DNA of 42,839 nucleotides from Kiritimatiellia bacterium (GTDB lineage Bacteria; Verrucomicrobiota; Kiritimatiellia; UBA8416; SLMC01): NCBI GenBank assembly GCA_007134465.1, contig SLKS01000064.1, positions 1 to 42,839 of the forward strand, read 5' to 3'. Shown piece by piece: positions 18,561 to 27,039 of this stretch (position 1 is its first letter; each line of letters starts with the position of its first letter). The notes under the pieces were generated by a model. It saw only the letters and a program-made list of their open reading frames with translations, ran no database searches and was not told where the DNA came from. The position numbers and the translations under genes were made by a program.

Positions 18561-18601
18561 TTTTTTGCGGCCACACAGCGGCCGCAAAGAGGAGTGTAAA
18601 A
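18561..18601. repeat. 41-bp hairpin repeat (TTTGCGGCCAC..GTGGCCGCAAAGAGGAGTGTAAAA)
   Basis: Direct copy at 21052-21092 (39/41). Both copies are followed by repeat A. Confidence 0.85.
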
Positions 18602-18649
18602 AAACGGGCCTCCCGCCTTTCACTCATCATTCCGCATTCATCATTCTCT

Positions 18650-18919
18650 TCATCCCCGCACGGCGGCGAACAGGCTGTACATTTCCTCGAAATAGCTGGA
18701 CATGGTCTGGATCATCCAGGGCAGGGCGAATCCGATGACGATAGCGGAGATAACAAGCTTGGGAACAAAAGTAAGGCTCATGTCCTTGATGGACGTGACC
18801 GTCTGGATAATGTTGATCAGCACGCCCACCACGATAGCCGTGATCAGCACCGGCGCCATCATCACGCCGGCCACAAAAATCGCCCGATAAGCCATATCCA
18901 ATGCCATTTGCGTGGTCAT
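18650..18919 (-). CDS. fliQ: Flagellar export apparatus protein FliQ
   Basis: 89 aa. PVLITAIVVGVLINIIQTVTSIKDMSLTFVPKL ... PWM. Confidence 0.95.
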   Translation of the reverse strand: MTTQMALDMAYRAIFVAGVMMAPVLITAIVVGVLINIIQTVTSIKDMSLTFVPKLVISAIVIGFALPWMIQTMSSYFEEMYSLFAAVRG

Positions 18920-19095
18920 AGGGGTTCGTCGTTCCTTGTTCGTCGTTACTTGTTCGTCGTTCCTTGTTCTTCGTTCGTCGTTCTTTGTTCGCCGTTGTTC
19001 TGTTGGACCCGGTGACCCGATGGCCCGGTGACCCGCAGACTGATCTGATCACTGGTTACTGGTCACTATCTTCCCTCCTGGGCCCGATCCGCGCG

Positions 19096-19857
19096 TCAAG
19101 TCACGAAGCTGGAGACCAGACCGCGCACGAGCAGGGTCCAGCCGTCGGCCAGCACAAAAAAGAAAATCTTAATCGGCACGGAAATCATCATGGGCGGCAG
19201 CATCATCATGCCAAGCGACATAAGGCTGGATGCGATGACGAGGTCAATCACCAGAAACGGCAGATAGATGAGAAAGCCCATCTGGAAAGCGGTTTTAAGC
19301 TCGCTAAGCATGAAAGCGGGAATCAGCACATCGAGCGTGATCTCGTCCATGCTGTTCGGCGTGGGCTTGTTGGCCAGATCGAGAAAGAGGATCAGTTCCT
19401 TCTCGCCCGTCTGCGAGGCCATGAACTGGCGCAGCGGGGCCATGCCCCGGCTCCAGGCGTCGGTTTGGGAGATACGCTCTTCCATATAGGGCTGGATGGC
19501 GTCCTCGTGGACCGTGCGAAAGACCGGCGCCATGATGAAGAAGGTGAGAAACAGGGAGAGGGCGGCCAGTATCTGGCCGGGCGGACTCTGCTGCGTGCCG
19601 AGAGCCTGGCGCATGAACCCGAAGACAATCAGCAGCCGCGTAAAGGAGGTCATCATGATCACCGCCGACGGGGCAAGCGAGAGGGCGGTAAAGATGAGCA
19701 ACAACTGGATGGCGCGCGAGGTTTGCGCAGGCGAATCGCCTTCGTCGAACTGAATGCGCACGCCGGCGGGCGCCGGACCCGGCGCGGCGGCAGGCGCCTG
19801 CGCCCGCGCAAACCCGGCACAGCCCAGCGCCATCGCGCAGACCAGAAACAGAATCAT
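19096..19857 (-). CDS. fliP: Flagellar export apparatus protein FliP
   Basis: LSLAPS..IMMTSFTR, RQALGTQQSPP, LIPAFMLSELKTAFQMGF, GMMMLPP and LADGW. AAGGAAAGG RBS before ATG 19857. Confidence 0.95.
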   Translation of the reverse strand: MILFLVCAMALGCAGFARAQAPAAAPGPAPAGVRIQFDEGDSPAQTSRAIQLLLIFTALSLAPSAVIMMTSFTRLLIVFGFMRQALGTQQSPPGQILAALSLFLTFFIMAPVFRTVHEDAIQPYMEERISQTDAWSRGMAPLRQFMASQTGEKELILFLDLANKPTPNSMDEITLDVLIPAFMLSELKTAFQMGFLIYLPFLVIDLVIASSLMSLGMMMLPPMMISVPIKIFFFVLADGWTLLVRGLVSSFVT

Positions 19858-19887
19858 GCCGCCTTTCCTTCGCATACGCGCGAAGAT

Positions 19888-19903
19888 AGCAGACAGGATG
19901 CCA
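19888..19903 (-). promoter_or_regulatory. sigma54 promoter for fliP-fliQ
   Basis: Minus strand TGGCATCCTGTCTGCT(A), 30 nt upstream of the fliP ATG. Confidence 0.8.
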
Positions 19904-20190
19904 TGGGAAGGGGGAAGAGAATGATGAAGGCGGAATGATGAATGATGAGGGCGGAAACCTGAAACCTGAAGAGAAGAAGGCGATCCGTCATCGGGCATGC
20001 CACGCCGACTTGTCCTGAATCGCGTTAGCGAAGAAGGGCTTGTCCGCCGTAGCTGTTCTTGCGGAGGCGGAAGGCTTTGCGAAGGCGGGCAGGCCACGCC
20101 GTAGGCTTTGCGAAGGCGGGTCAACAAGTCACCGAGTCACCGAGTCGTGGCCGCAAAGGAGATGGTAAAAAGAGCGGCGAAGACGGACGA

Positions 20191-20778
20191 TCAGGCGGAA
20201 GTTGCCGGCGAGTCGGCGGGCGGTTCGTCGGGTGGGTCGAAGGTGGCGATGGAGACGACGCCGTCGCGGCCGGAACACAGCAGGGCGCGCCGATTGCCCA
20301 CGGCGACCAGCAGCAATCGGCGCCGATGATCGAGCGAGAGGCTGCCGATCAGGCTCATGTCGTCGTCTTCCTTGCGACCGGGAAAGGCCCCGCGCACGCG
20401 ACGGCGCAACACGATGTTGACCGCCACCAGCAGACCCAACACCAGCATGGCGGCGAATAAGGAACGCCAGGGACTGAGCTCGGATTGACGACCGAGCTTG
20501 GGAAGATCGTCTTCCGTTGACCCGGACTCGGGTTTCGTTCCGCTTTTCCGAAACAAACCGCTGACATCGCGCGGCGCGACAGGTTCGGACACTGCGGTGA
20601 CATCCGTCGGCTCCGGCACGGCGGTATCGGACTTGGCCATGGACGCCAGCGGACTTTCGCCCCCGTTATGCCGGGTCGGCATGCCCGACTCGTCGCCACG
20701 TACGCGCCCGTGCGCGCACCCCAGGAAGATCGCCGGGAAAACAAACAAAAACGCTTTGGTTTTGACGTTTCGTATCAT
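20191..20778 (-). CDS. fliO: FliO/FliZ-like flagellar biogenesis protein (start uncertain)
   Basis: One TM (LFAAMLVLGLLVAVNIVLRR) followed by MSLIGSLSLDHRRRLLLVAVGNRRALL, the FliO pattern. Lies upstream of fliP. Confidence 0.7.
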   Translation of the reverse strand: MIRNVKTKAFLFVFPAIFLGCAHGRVRGDESGMPTRHNGGESPLASMAKSDTAVPEPTDVTAVSEPVAPRDVSGLFRKSGTKPESGSTEDDLPKLGRQSELSPWRSLFAAMLVLGLLVAVNIVLRRRVRGAFPGRKEDDDMSLIGSLSLDHRRRLLLVAVGNRRALLCSGRDGVVSIATFDPPDEPPADSPATSA

Positions 20779-20792
20779 GGCAGGCAAACGGT

Positions 20793-20808
20793 AGCAATCG
20801 GGATGCCA
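20793..20808 (-). promoter_or_regulatory. sigma54 promoter for fliO
   Basis: Minus strand TGGCATCCCGATTGCT(A), near consensus. Confidence 0.8.
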
Positions 20809-21386
20809 CGGGAAGGGGGGAAGAGAATGATGAAGGCGGAATGATGAATGATGAGGAAAGGGAAAGGAAGAATGGTTGAGGGGGGTAAGAGAGGGATGAG
20901 GGAGGAAACCTGAAACCTGCTTGTCCCGCCGCAGCTGTTCTTTCGAAGGCGGGCATGCCACGCCGGCTTGTCCGCCGTCTTGTCCGCCGTAGCCGCGAAG
21001 CGCGAAGGCGGAAGCCGCGAAGGCGGGTCGGCGGGTGGCTGAAGACGACATTTTTTTGCGGCCACGCAGTGGCCGCAAAGAGGAGTGTAAAAGGCGGCGG
21101 GTGCGCCAGCGCGGCAAAGGCATGCGTTTGGCCCACCGCTTTTTCATCACTCATCATTCCGCATTCATCATTAAAATAGGCCCCCTGCCGCCTTGCGCGG
21201 CAGGAGCCGGAGATGGAAAAGTGCGCCCTTCCACTCCTGTCTCCCGTTCCCGCGTGCCCGCCTTCGCAAAGCCTTCCCCCTTTACCCTTCGCGGCTTCCG
21301 CCTTATAGCAAGGTCGCGGGGGACGGCGTCAGAATGCGAATTGCTGGCTTGCGTTCGGGCGGGCATGTCCGCTAGAGTGGCTTTTA

Positions 21387-22961
21387 TTGATGAATAAGCA
21401 AAAGAACCAGGCAAGCGGTCGACAGCAGGGCGAGTTTCTGGCGTTTCAGGTACGGTTCCAGAAGCTGTTCGCGTCCATGCCGGCGGCGGTTTTCTCCCGG
21501 CACGGGCGAGTGACGCATCTTAATGCGGCGGCCGAACGCGTGCTGGGGCTGACGCTGGATGCGGTGCGCGACCGGACACTGTCGGCGGCAGGGTTCAAGG
21601 TTACGGACGAAAACGGGATGGCGCTCCCCGCGCGCGGGTTGCCGTGGCAGCGCGCGCGCCAGGAACAGACCGCGCGTGCGGAAGACGTGATCGGCCTGAT
21701 CCGGCCGGACGGCGAACGGCGCTGGCTGCAATGCGCGTGCGCGCCGTTCCGCGAAGACGCGCGCGGGCGAACGCAATCGGTCGTCGCGATTCTGTCGGAT
21801 TTGACTCGGTTCGCCCGGCTGCGCAGTCAATCGCTGCAGGCGCAAAAGATGGAAGCGATCGGCGCGCTGACGGGCGGGATTGCGCACGATTTCAACAACA
21901 TTCTTTCCTCGATCCGTTCCGCCGCGCAGCTTTCGCTGCTGGATGCCGGCTTGTCGGTGGCGGTACGCGAAGCGATTTTCGATATCGAAGCCGAAACCAT
22001 TCGCGGCGCGGAACTGGTCAAGCAGCTTCTTCTGTTCAGCAGGCCGGCGGAAACAAGGCGAAAAAGCACGGCCTTGAATGAGGCCGTCCGGCGACTGCGC
22101 CATTTGTTGCGCCGCACGTTTCCGAAGACCATCCGCATCGAAACGCATCTGCCGCCGCACCCGATTCGGGTCCAGATCGGGCCCACGCAGTTGGAACAGC
22201 TTGTGCTGAACCTGTGCCTGAACGCGCGCGACGCGATGCCCGCAGGCGGGGAACTGGTTCTTCGGGCGAGCCTGGTTCCCGCTGCGGATCTGGGCGAAAC
22301 GGAGCCGCGCGCGGCCCGCAAAACCTATGCGCGCCTGGACATATCGGATACGGGCGTGGGCATTCCGCCGGAAACGCTTCCGAAAGTGTTCGACCCGTTC
22401 TTCACCTCGAAGGAAGATCATGGCGGCACAGGCCTTGGCCTGGCGATCGTGGATCGGATCGTGCGGCAGGCGGGCGGCAAGATTCAGGCCGAAAGCGCAC
22501 CCGGCAAGGGCACAACCATGACCGTGCATCTGCCGGCCCGCAGAACCCGGGCGGACGCCAAACCCGGCGCGCCTGCGCGGACCGAGCCGATGGTGGCCGG
22601 ATACGAAACCGTGCTCCTGGCGGACGACGAGCCGGTCACCCTTAAATCCACCGCCCGCTTCCTGGAACGATACGGCTACCGGACCCTGACAGCGGGCGAC
22701 GGCCACGAGGCGCTCGACCTGTTCCGCCGGCATCGCCAAGACATCCGCCTGACGCTGATGGATTACGAGATGCCCGACATGACCGGCGCCGACTGCCTCG
22801 CGGCCATCCGTCAGGAAAAACCGTCCATGAAAGCCGTGCTGCTTAGCGGACACCCGCCTTCGGAACGTGGCGCCGCCGCCACAAACGCCGACGCGTTTCT
22901 CCAAAAACCGTTCGATTTCCAGCGGCTGCTGACGATCATACGGCAGGTTCTGGACGGCTGA
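21387..22961 (+). CDS. PAS-domain hybrid sensor histidine kinase/response regulator (cytoplasmic, CckA-like architecture)
   Basis: PAS/PAC (RPDGERRWL), H-box GGIAHDFNNIL, N-box NLCLNARDAM, DTGVGI, FDPFFTSK, GTGLGL and receiver ADDE..MDYEMP..QKPF. Confidence 0.9.
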   Translation: MMNKQKNQASGRQQGEFLAFQVRFQKLFASMPAAVFSRHGRVTHLNAAAERVLGLTLDAVRDRTLSAAGFKVTDENGMALPARGLPWQRARQEQTARAEDVIGLIRPDGERRWLQCACAPFREDARGRTQSVVAILSDLTRFARLRSQSLQAQKMEAIGALTGGIAHDFNNILSSIRSAAQLSLLDAGLSVAVREAIFDIEAETIRGAELVKQLLLFSRPAETRRKSTALNEAVRRLRHLLRRTFPKTIRIETHLPPHPIRVQIGPTQLEQLVLNLCLNARDAMPAGGELVLRASLVPAADLGETEPRAARKTYARLDISDTGVGIPPETLPKVFDPFFTSKEDHGGTGLGLAIVDRIVRQAGGKIQAESAPGKGTTMTVHLPARRTRADAKPGAPARTEPMVAGYETVLLADDEPVTLKSTARFLERYGYRTLTAGDGHEALDLFRRHRQDIRLTLMDYEMPDMTGADCLAAIRQEKPSMKAVLLSGHPPSERGAAATNADAFLQKPFDFQRLLTIIRQVLDG

Positions 22962-22972
22962 CGGAGGGGCGA

Positions 22973-23896
22973 CTACAGCCAGTGCAGGAGCGTGGACTGG
23001 TTCATGATGCCGGCCGTGACTTGCATGGCGGCTTCATAGGCCAGTTGCGACTGGGACAGGCGCGTGATCGCCAAGGCGATATCCACGGATTCCTCCTGTT
23101 CCAGGGCTTTTTGGACATTGGCCTGATGCTGGCCCAGCATTTCGACGCTCAACTGGATTCTTTGGCGGCGCGCGCCATTGGCGCCCAGCAAGTTCACGAC
23201 ATGGTCCAGACTCTCGTTCATGTCGGCCAGCGCGGTCGGATCGAGCGTGGTTTGGCCGGCCAGCAGCCGATCCCGCATGCGGATCAGATTGTCGAACAGG
23301 TCGAGGGCGCCCGTCTGGAATACGGCGTTGGGGCTCACGGCATCGGCGCCCGGCACATTGGCCTCGATATAGACGCCACGACTGACTTCCACAAAGCGGA
23401 TATCGGCATTCCCGACGTAGCTCACGGCCGAAATCAGGCCTTCCGCATCCGTCGTTGTCACGAACGGGGTCGCGAGCGTTTCCGTGCCGCCAAACAGATA
23501 GCGGCCGCCAATGCTGGTGTTGGCCAAATCGAGCAGGGCGCCTAGCAGTTCGTCCACTTCTTTGCCTATGGTCTCCAGATCGGCCGGCGTTTGCGCGCTA
23601 TTGCCGCCCATGACGGCCAACTCCGACCCGCGTTGAAACAGATTCAACATTTGCTGAAACACATTGTCGGCCACCAGCAGATCGCGATCCACCCGTTCGG
23701 CATTCAGCGCGTACTGGTCCATGCCGCTCAAATCCTTGCGCAGCCGCTGGATCACTTCGTACGAGCCGGGCCCGTCGGAAGGCACGGAAATTTTGCGGCC
23801 ACTGGCAATTTGTTCCTGCAGCTTGCGCAGGGAAAGCTGGTTGGACGCAATGTTCGTCCGCAACATCCGATAGGTCATTTCGTCGGTAATTCGCAT
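22973..23896 (-). CDS. flgL: Flagellar hook-associated protein 3 FlgL
   Basis: MRITD..QEQIASGRKISVPSD, LANT..GGRYLFGG, and C-terminal VDIALAITRL..QLAYEAAM..STLL. AAGGAG RBS. Confidence 0.9.
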   Translation of the reverse strand: MRITDEMTYRMLRTNIASNQLSLRKLQEQIASGRKISVPSDGPGSYEVIQRLRKDLSGMDQYALNAERVDRDLLVADNVFQQMLNLFQRGSELAVMGGNSAQTPADLETIGKEVDELLGALLDLANTSIGGRYLFGGTETLATPFVTTTDAEGLISAVSYVGNADIRFVEVSRGVYIEANVPGADAVSPNAVFQTGALDLFDNLIRMRDRLLAGQTTLDPTALADMNESLDHVVNLLGANGARRQRIQLSVEMLGQHQANVQKALEQEESVDIALAITRLSQSQLAYEAAMQVTAGIMNQSTLLHWL

Positions 23897-23950
23897 GGCA
23901 TGCACTCCTTCGGTTCGCGTTCGCAGAGAGATGGAGAACCGATTCCCTTT

Positions 23951-23966
23951 AGCAAGGGCCGTGCCG
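23951..23966 (-). promoter_or_regulatory. sigma54 promoter for flgL
   Basis: Minus strand CGGCACGGCCCTTGCT(A). Confidence 0.8.
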
Positions 23967-24098
23967 CAGGGAGGGGGAAGAGAATGATGAAGGCGGAATG
24001 ATGAATGATGAAGAAAGGGAAAGGAAGAATGGTTGAGGGTTGAAGCACGAATGAAGAAGATTAAACCACGGAGGGCATTTCCGTAGTCGTCGCCGTAG

Positions 24099-24135
24099 TC
24101 GTCCACCGAATCCTTTTGTTTTTTGCCGCAGCAAT
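24099..24135. repeat. 37-bp dispersed repeat (TCGTCCACCGAATCCTTTTGTTTTTTGCCGCAGCAAT)
   Basis: Inverted copy at 42508-42544 (35/37), upstream of pseB. Confidence 0.85.
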
Positions 24136-24226
24136 GCGGGATTAAGGCGCTAAAGCGACTCAGGACAACAAGCATCCCTCTCTTCCCCCCATCAACCATC
24201 AACCATTAACCATTCTTCCTCCCCTG

Positions 24227-24242
24227 CGGCATGTCGCTTGCT
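24227..24242 (+). promoter_or_regulatory. sigma54 promoter for the small Cys-rich ORF and probably flhA
   Basis: CGGCATGTCGCTTGCT(A), divergent from the flgL promoter. Confidence 0.75.
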
Positions 24243-24290
24243 AACAGAACATCGCATCCTGCGGAAAGAAAGCGCGAAAGGAGGCGCATC

Positions 24291-24488
24291 ATGGTCAAGA
24301 ATCTCAAAATCGCGATCCAATGCTGCGAATGCCATCGGGTTAAGGACGGAGCGGTCTGGCACGAGGAGCCGCACCGCGACGACGTCGCCTATTCGCACGG
24401 CTACTGTCCCACCTGCATGCGCAACGCGCTGATACGGTTCGGGTTGGAATCCAACATGGTCAACCAGGCGCTGGCGATGGCGCAATAG
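24291..24488 (+). CDS. Small (65 aa) putative Zn-binding protein (CxxC...SHGxCxxC)
   Basis: CCECHRVKDG..W..YSHGYCPTC. Strong AAGGAGG RBS. Confidence 0.75.
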   Translation: MVKNLKIAIQCCECHRVKDGAVWHEEPHRDDVAYSHGYCPTCMRNALIRFGLESNMVNQALAMAQ

Positions 24489-24649
24489 GGCGCGCAGCCG
24501 GACAAATCGTCAGGGCGGGCCGATATCCGCAACCGGAAAGAATTGAACAGAAGGGAACGAAGAAGGGCGGGCACACTTCGTTTCCTTCGTGATCTTGCCG
24601 TAGAACCCGAAGACGCGGGAACAAGTCGATAATCAAGGGCCGGGGGAAC

Positions 24650-26767
24650 ATGGAAGCACAGAGCCAGAATCGTTTTGCGCGGGCGGATTTCATCATCGCG
24701 GCGGCGCTGACTTCGATCTTGGCGGTGCTGATCATTCCCATCCACCCGCGTCTGCTGGACCTGATGCTGGTGCTAAGCATCGCCGTGGGCGTGCTGATTC
24801 TGATTCTGACGACACAGATCAGCAATCCGTTGCAGTTGTCGTCGTTTCCGTCGCTTCTTCTGTTGCTTACGCTGTTCCGGCTGGCGCTGAACGTGGCGAC
24901 CACGCGCCAGATCCTGCTGCGCGCCTTTGCGGGAAACGTGATTCAGGCGTTCGGCCAGTTCGTGGTGGGCGGCAACTATGTGGTGGGCATTGTCGTCTTC
25001 CTGATTCTGGTGGTGATCAACTTCATGGTGATCACCAAAGGCGCGGGCCGGATCGCGGAGGTGACGGCACGGTTCACGCTGGACTCTATGCCCGGCAAGC
25101 AGATGAGCATTGACGCGGACTTGAGCTCGGGCCTGATTGACGAGGCCACGGCGCTGGCGCGGCGCGAAGCGTTGCGGCGCGAGTCGGACTTTTACGGAGC
25201 GATGGACGGCGCCAGCAAGTTCGTGCGCGGCGATGCGATCGCGGGGCTGATCATTACGCTCATCAACATTGCGGGCGGATTCGCGGTGGGCATGCTCCAG
25301 CGCGGCATGCCTGCGCATCACGCGTTGCGCACCTATACGCTGCTGACGGTCGGCGACGGGCTGGTGGCGCAAATCCCGGCGCTGGTCATTTCGACGGCGG
25401 CCGGCATGATGGTGACGCGCGCGGCGTCGGACGACACGCTGGGCAAGGACATTGCCGGCCAACTGCTGAAGCGGGCGAAGCCGCTAACGACCACCGGCCT
25501 CATATTGGCGGCCATTTCACTGGTGCCGGGCTTGCCGTTCCTGCCGTTCGTGGCGCTGGGCGGCACATTGACGGCGTTGGGTCTGGCGCGCAAGGCGGCG
25601 CCGGCGGAAGCGGAGGAAAAGCCGGAAGGAAAAACCGATGCCAGCGGCAAGGCGCTCGAGTCGGGCTCGGCACGCGGCGCATTGCCGGCTGCGGGCTCCG
25701 ACAAGCAGCCGCCCCCGGTTTCGCCCATGGATCTGGAGATCGGGTTCGGGTTGGTGCCGCTGGTGGATCCGGCGCAGGGCGGACAGTTGATCGAACGCAT
25801 CCGACTGATCCGCAACCAAATCGCCGAGGAACTCGGTTTCGTGCTGCCGCCGGTCAATGTGAAAGACAATATCCAATTGAAGAACACGGAATATTGCATC
25901 AAAGTGCGGGGTATCGAATTGGCGCGCGGCACGGTTCAGCCCGGCCGACTGATGGCCATCAACCCCGGCGGCGGCGCGCCGCTCGAGGGCTACAAGCCGG
26001 TGCGCGAACCGGCCTTCGGGTTCGAAGCCTATTGGATACCGAAAATCGCCCGCGAAAACGCCGAGTCCGCCGGCATGACCGTCGTGGACGATGCCAGCGT
26101 GATCACCACGCATCTGGCCGAGGAATCGAAACGGCATGCGGCCGACATCCTGACACGCCAGGACGTGAGCGACATGGTCGGCCGCCTCAAGCAAACCCAT
26201 CCGTCGGTCGTCGAGGAGCTGCTGCCGAACAAAATGACGATCGGCAAAGTGCATCGGGTGCTGCAAAGCCTGTTGCGGGAACGGGTCTCGATCCGCGATC
26301 TGCCCGCAGTTCTGGAGACGCTGGCCGACCAGGCCGACCTTACGCGCGATGTCGGGCTGCTGACGGAACATTGCCGCCGCACGCTGGGCGCGTCCATTTG
26401 CCACGGCCGCCTGACCCCCGACGGAACCTTGCAGGCGATCGGGCTGCACCCGGACCTCGAACAGATGATCCGCCAGCACACCAAACGCGACGGCGCCGAA
26501 ATCGGTCTGCTCGTCATGCCGCCAGCCCTGGCGCACGAGGTTCTGGTCCACATCCGCAAGGCGGTGGAAACCGCGCGCGCCAAAGGCGGCGACCCGGTTC
26601 TGCTCTGCTCGCCGCTGATCCGGCCTCAGGTGCGAAGGCTCACCGAGCACGAGTTCCGGGACATGCCCGTGATCTCCTTCGCCGAAACGCCCGACAATGT
26701 CAAAATAGACATTCTGGGCATGGCCGTCGCGCCCGCCGCCGGCAAAGCCGAAGAGATGGCGGCGTAG
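24650..26767 (+). CDS. flhA: Flagellar export gate protein FlhA
   Basis: FPSLLLLLTLFRLALNVATTR, VITKGAGRIAEVTARFTLDSMPGKQMSIDADL, FYGAMDGASKFVRGDAIAG and TVGDGLVAQIPAL. Confidence 0.97.
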   Translation: MEAQSQNRFARADFIIAAALTSILAVLIIPIHPRLLDLMLVLSIAVGVLILILTTQISNPLQLSSFPSLLLLLTLFRLALNVATTRQILLRAFAGNVIQAFGQFVVGGNYVVGIVVFLILVVINFMVITKGAGRIAEVTARFTLDSMPGKQMSIDADLSSGLIDEATALARREALRRESDFYGAMDGASKFVRGDAIAGLIITLINIAGGFAVGMLQRGMPAHHALRTYTLLTVGDGLVAQIPALVISTAAGMMVTRAASDDTLGKDIAGQLLKRAKPLTTTGLILAAISLVPGLPFLPFVALGGTLTALGLARKAAPAEAEEKPEGKTDASGKALESGSARGALPAAGSDKQPPPVSPMDLEIGFGLVPLVDPAQGGQLIERIRLIRNQIAEELGFVLPPVNVKDNIQLKNTEYCIKVRGIELARGTVQPGRLMAINPGGGAPLEGYKPVREPAFGFEAYWIPKIARENAESAGMTVVDDASVITTHLAEESKRHAADILTRQDVSDMVGRLKQTHPSVVEELLPNKMTIGKVHRVLQSLLRERVSIRDLPAVLETLADQADLTRDVGLLTEHCRRTLGASICHGRLTPDGTLQAIGLHPDLEQMIRQHTKRDGAEIGLLVMPPALAHEVLVHIRKAVETARAKGGDPVLLCSPLIRPQVRRLTEHEFRDMPVISFAETPDNVKIDILGMAVAPAAGKAEEMAA

Positions 26768-26927
26768 AGACGAGAGCGATCAGGGGCCAGGGACCAATCT
26801 GCGGGTCATCGAGTCATCGGGTCACAATAAGAACGACAAAGCGACTCGGTGACTTGGTGACACGGTGATTCGGCCTTCTTCCCTTCAGGTTTCAGGTTTC
26901 CGCCCTCATCCCTCTCTTCCCCCCCTC

Positions 26928-26965
26928 CCCTCATCATTCATCATTCCGCATTCATCATTCTCTTC
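26928..26965. repeat. Repeat A copy forming a perfect 38-bp inverted pair with 30176-30213
   Basis: CCCTCATCATTCATCATTCCGCATTCATCATTCTCTTC is the exact reverse complement of GAAGAGAATGATGAATGCGGAATGATGAATGATGAGGG. Confidence 0.95.
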
Positions 26966-26967
26966 TC

Positions 26968-26983
26968 TGGCATCGGCCCTGCT
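26968..26983 (+). promoter_or_regulatory. sigma54 promoter for flhF-flhG-orf-fliA
   Basis: TGGCATCGGCCCTGCT(A), 56 nt upstream of the flhF ATG. Confidence 0.8.
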
Positions 26984-27039
26984 AACGTGCGTGCGAGGGA
27001 TCGTTTCATGGCCGGGAGAGGCACAGGGGAAAGGCAACG

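Noticed and set aside
18561-18601. Rho-independent terminator after fliQ
   Set aside because: On the fliQ strand the hairpin is followed by an A-run, not a U-run, and it is a dispersed repeat copy.
19858-21150. Long N-terminal extensions of the fliP, fliO, flgL, flhG and SDR ORFs with shared peptides (HHSSFRLHHSLPP, QVSGFRPH)
   Set aside because: They are translations of intergenic repeats A and B or an overlapping frame, upstream of the sigma54 boxes or RBS-supported starts.
22973-23896. Flagellin (fliC)
   Set aside because: Lacks the LSSGLRIN/DDAAG flagellin motifs. The N-terminus and GRYLFGG fit FlgL.
24519-24632. sigma28-like -10 boxes GCCGATAT and GTCGATAA upstream of flhA
   Set aside because: No TAAA-like -35 at the correct spacing.
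24650-26767. Non-flagellar T3SS (SctV)
   Set aside because: The context with flhF, flhG, fliA, flgL and fliO indicates a flagellar system.
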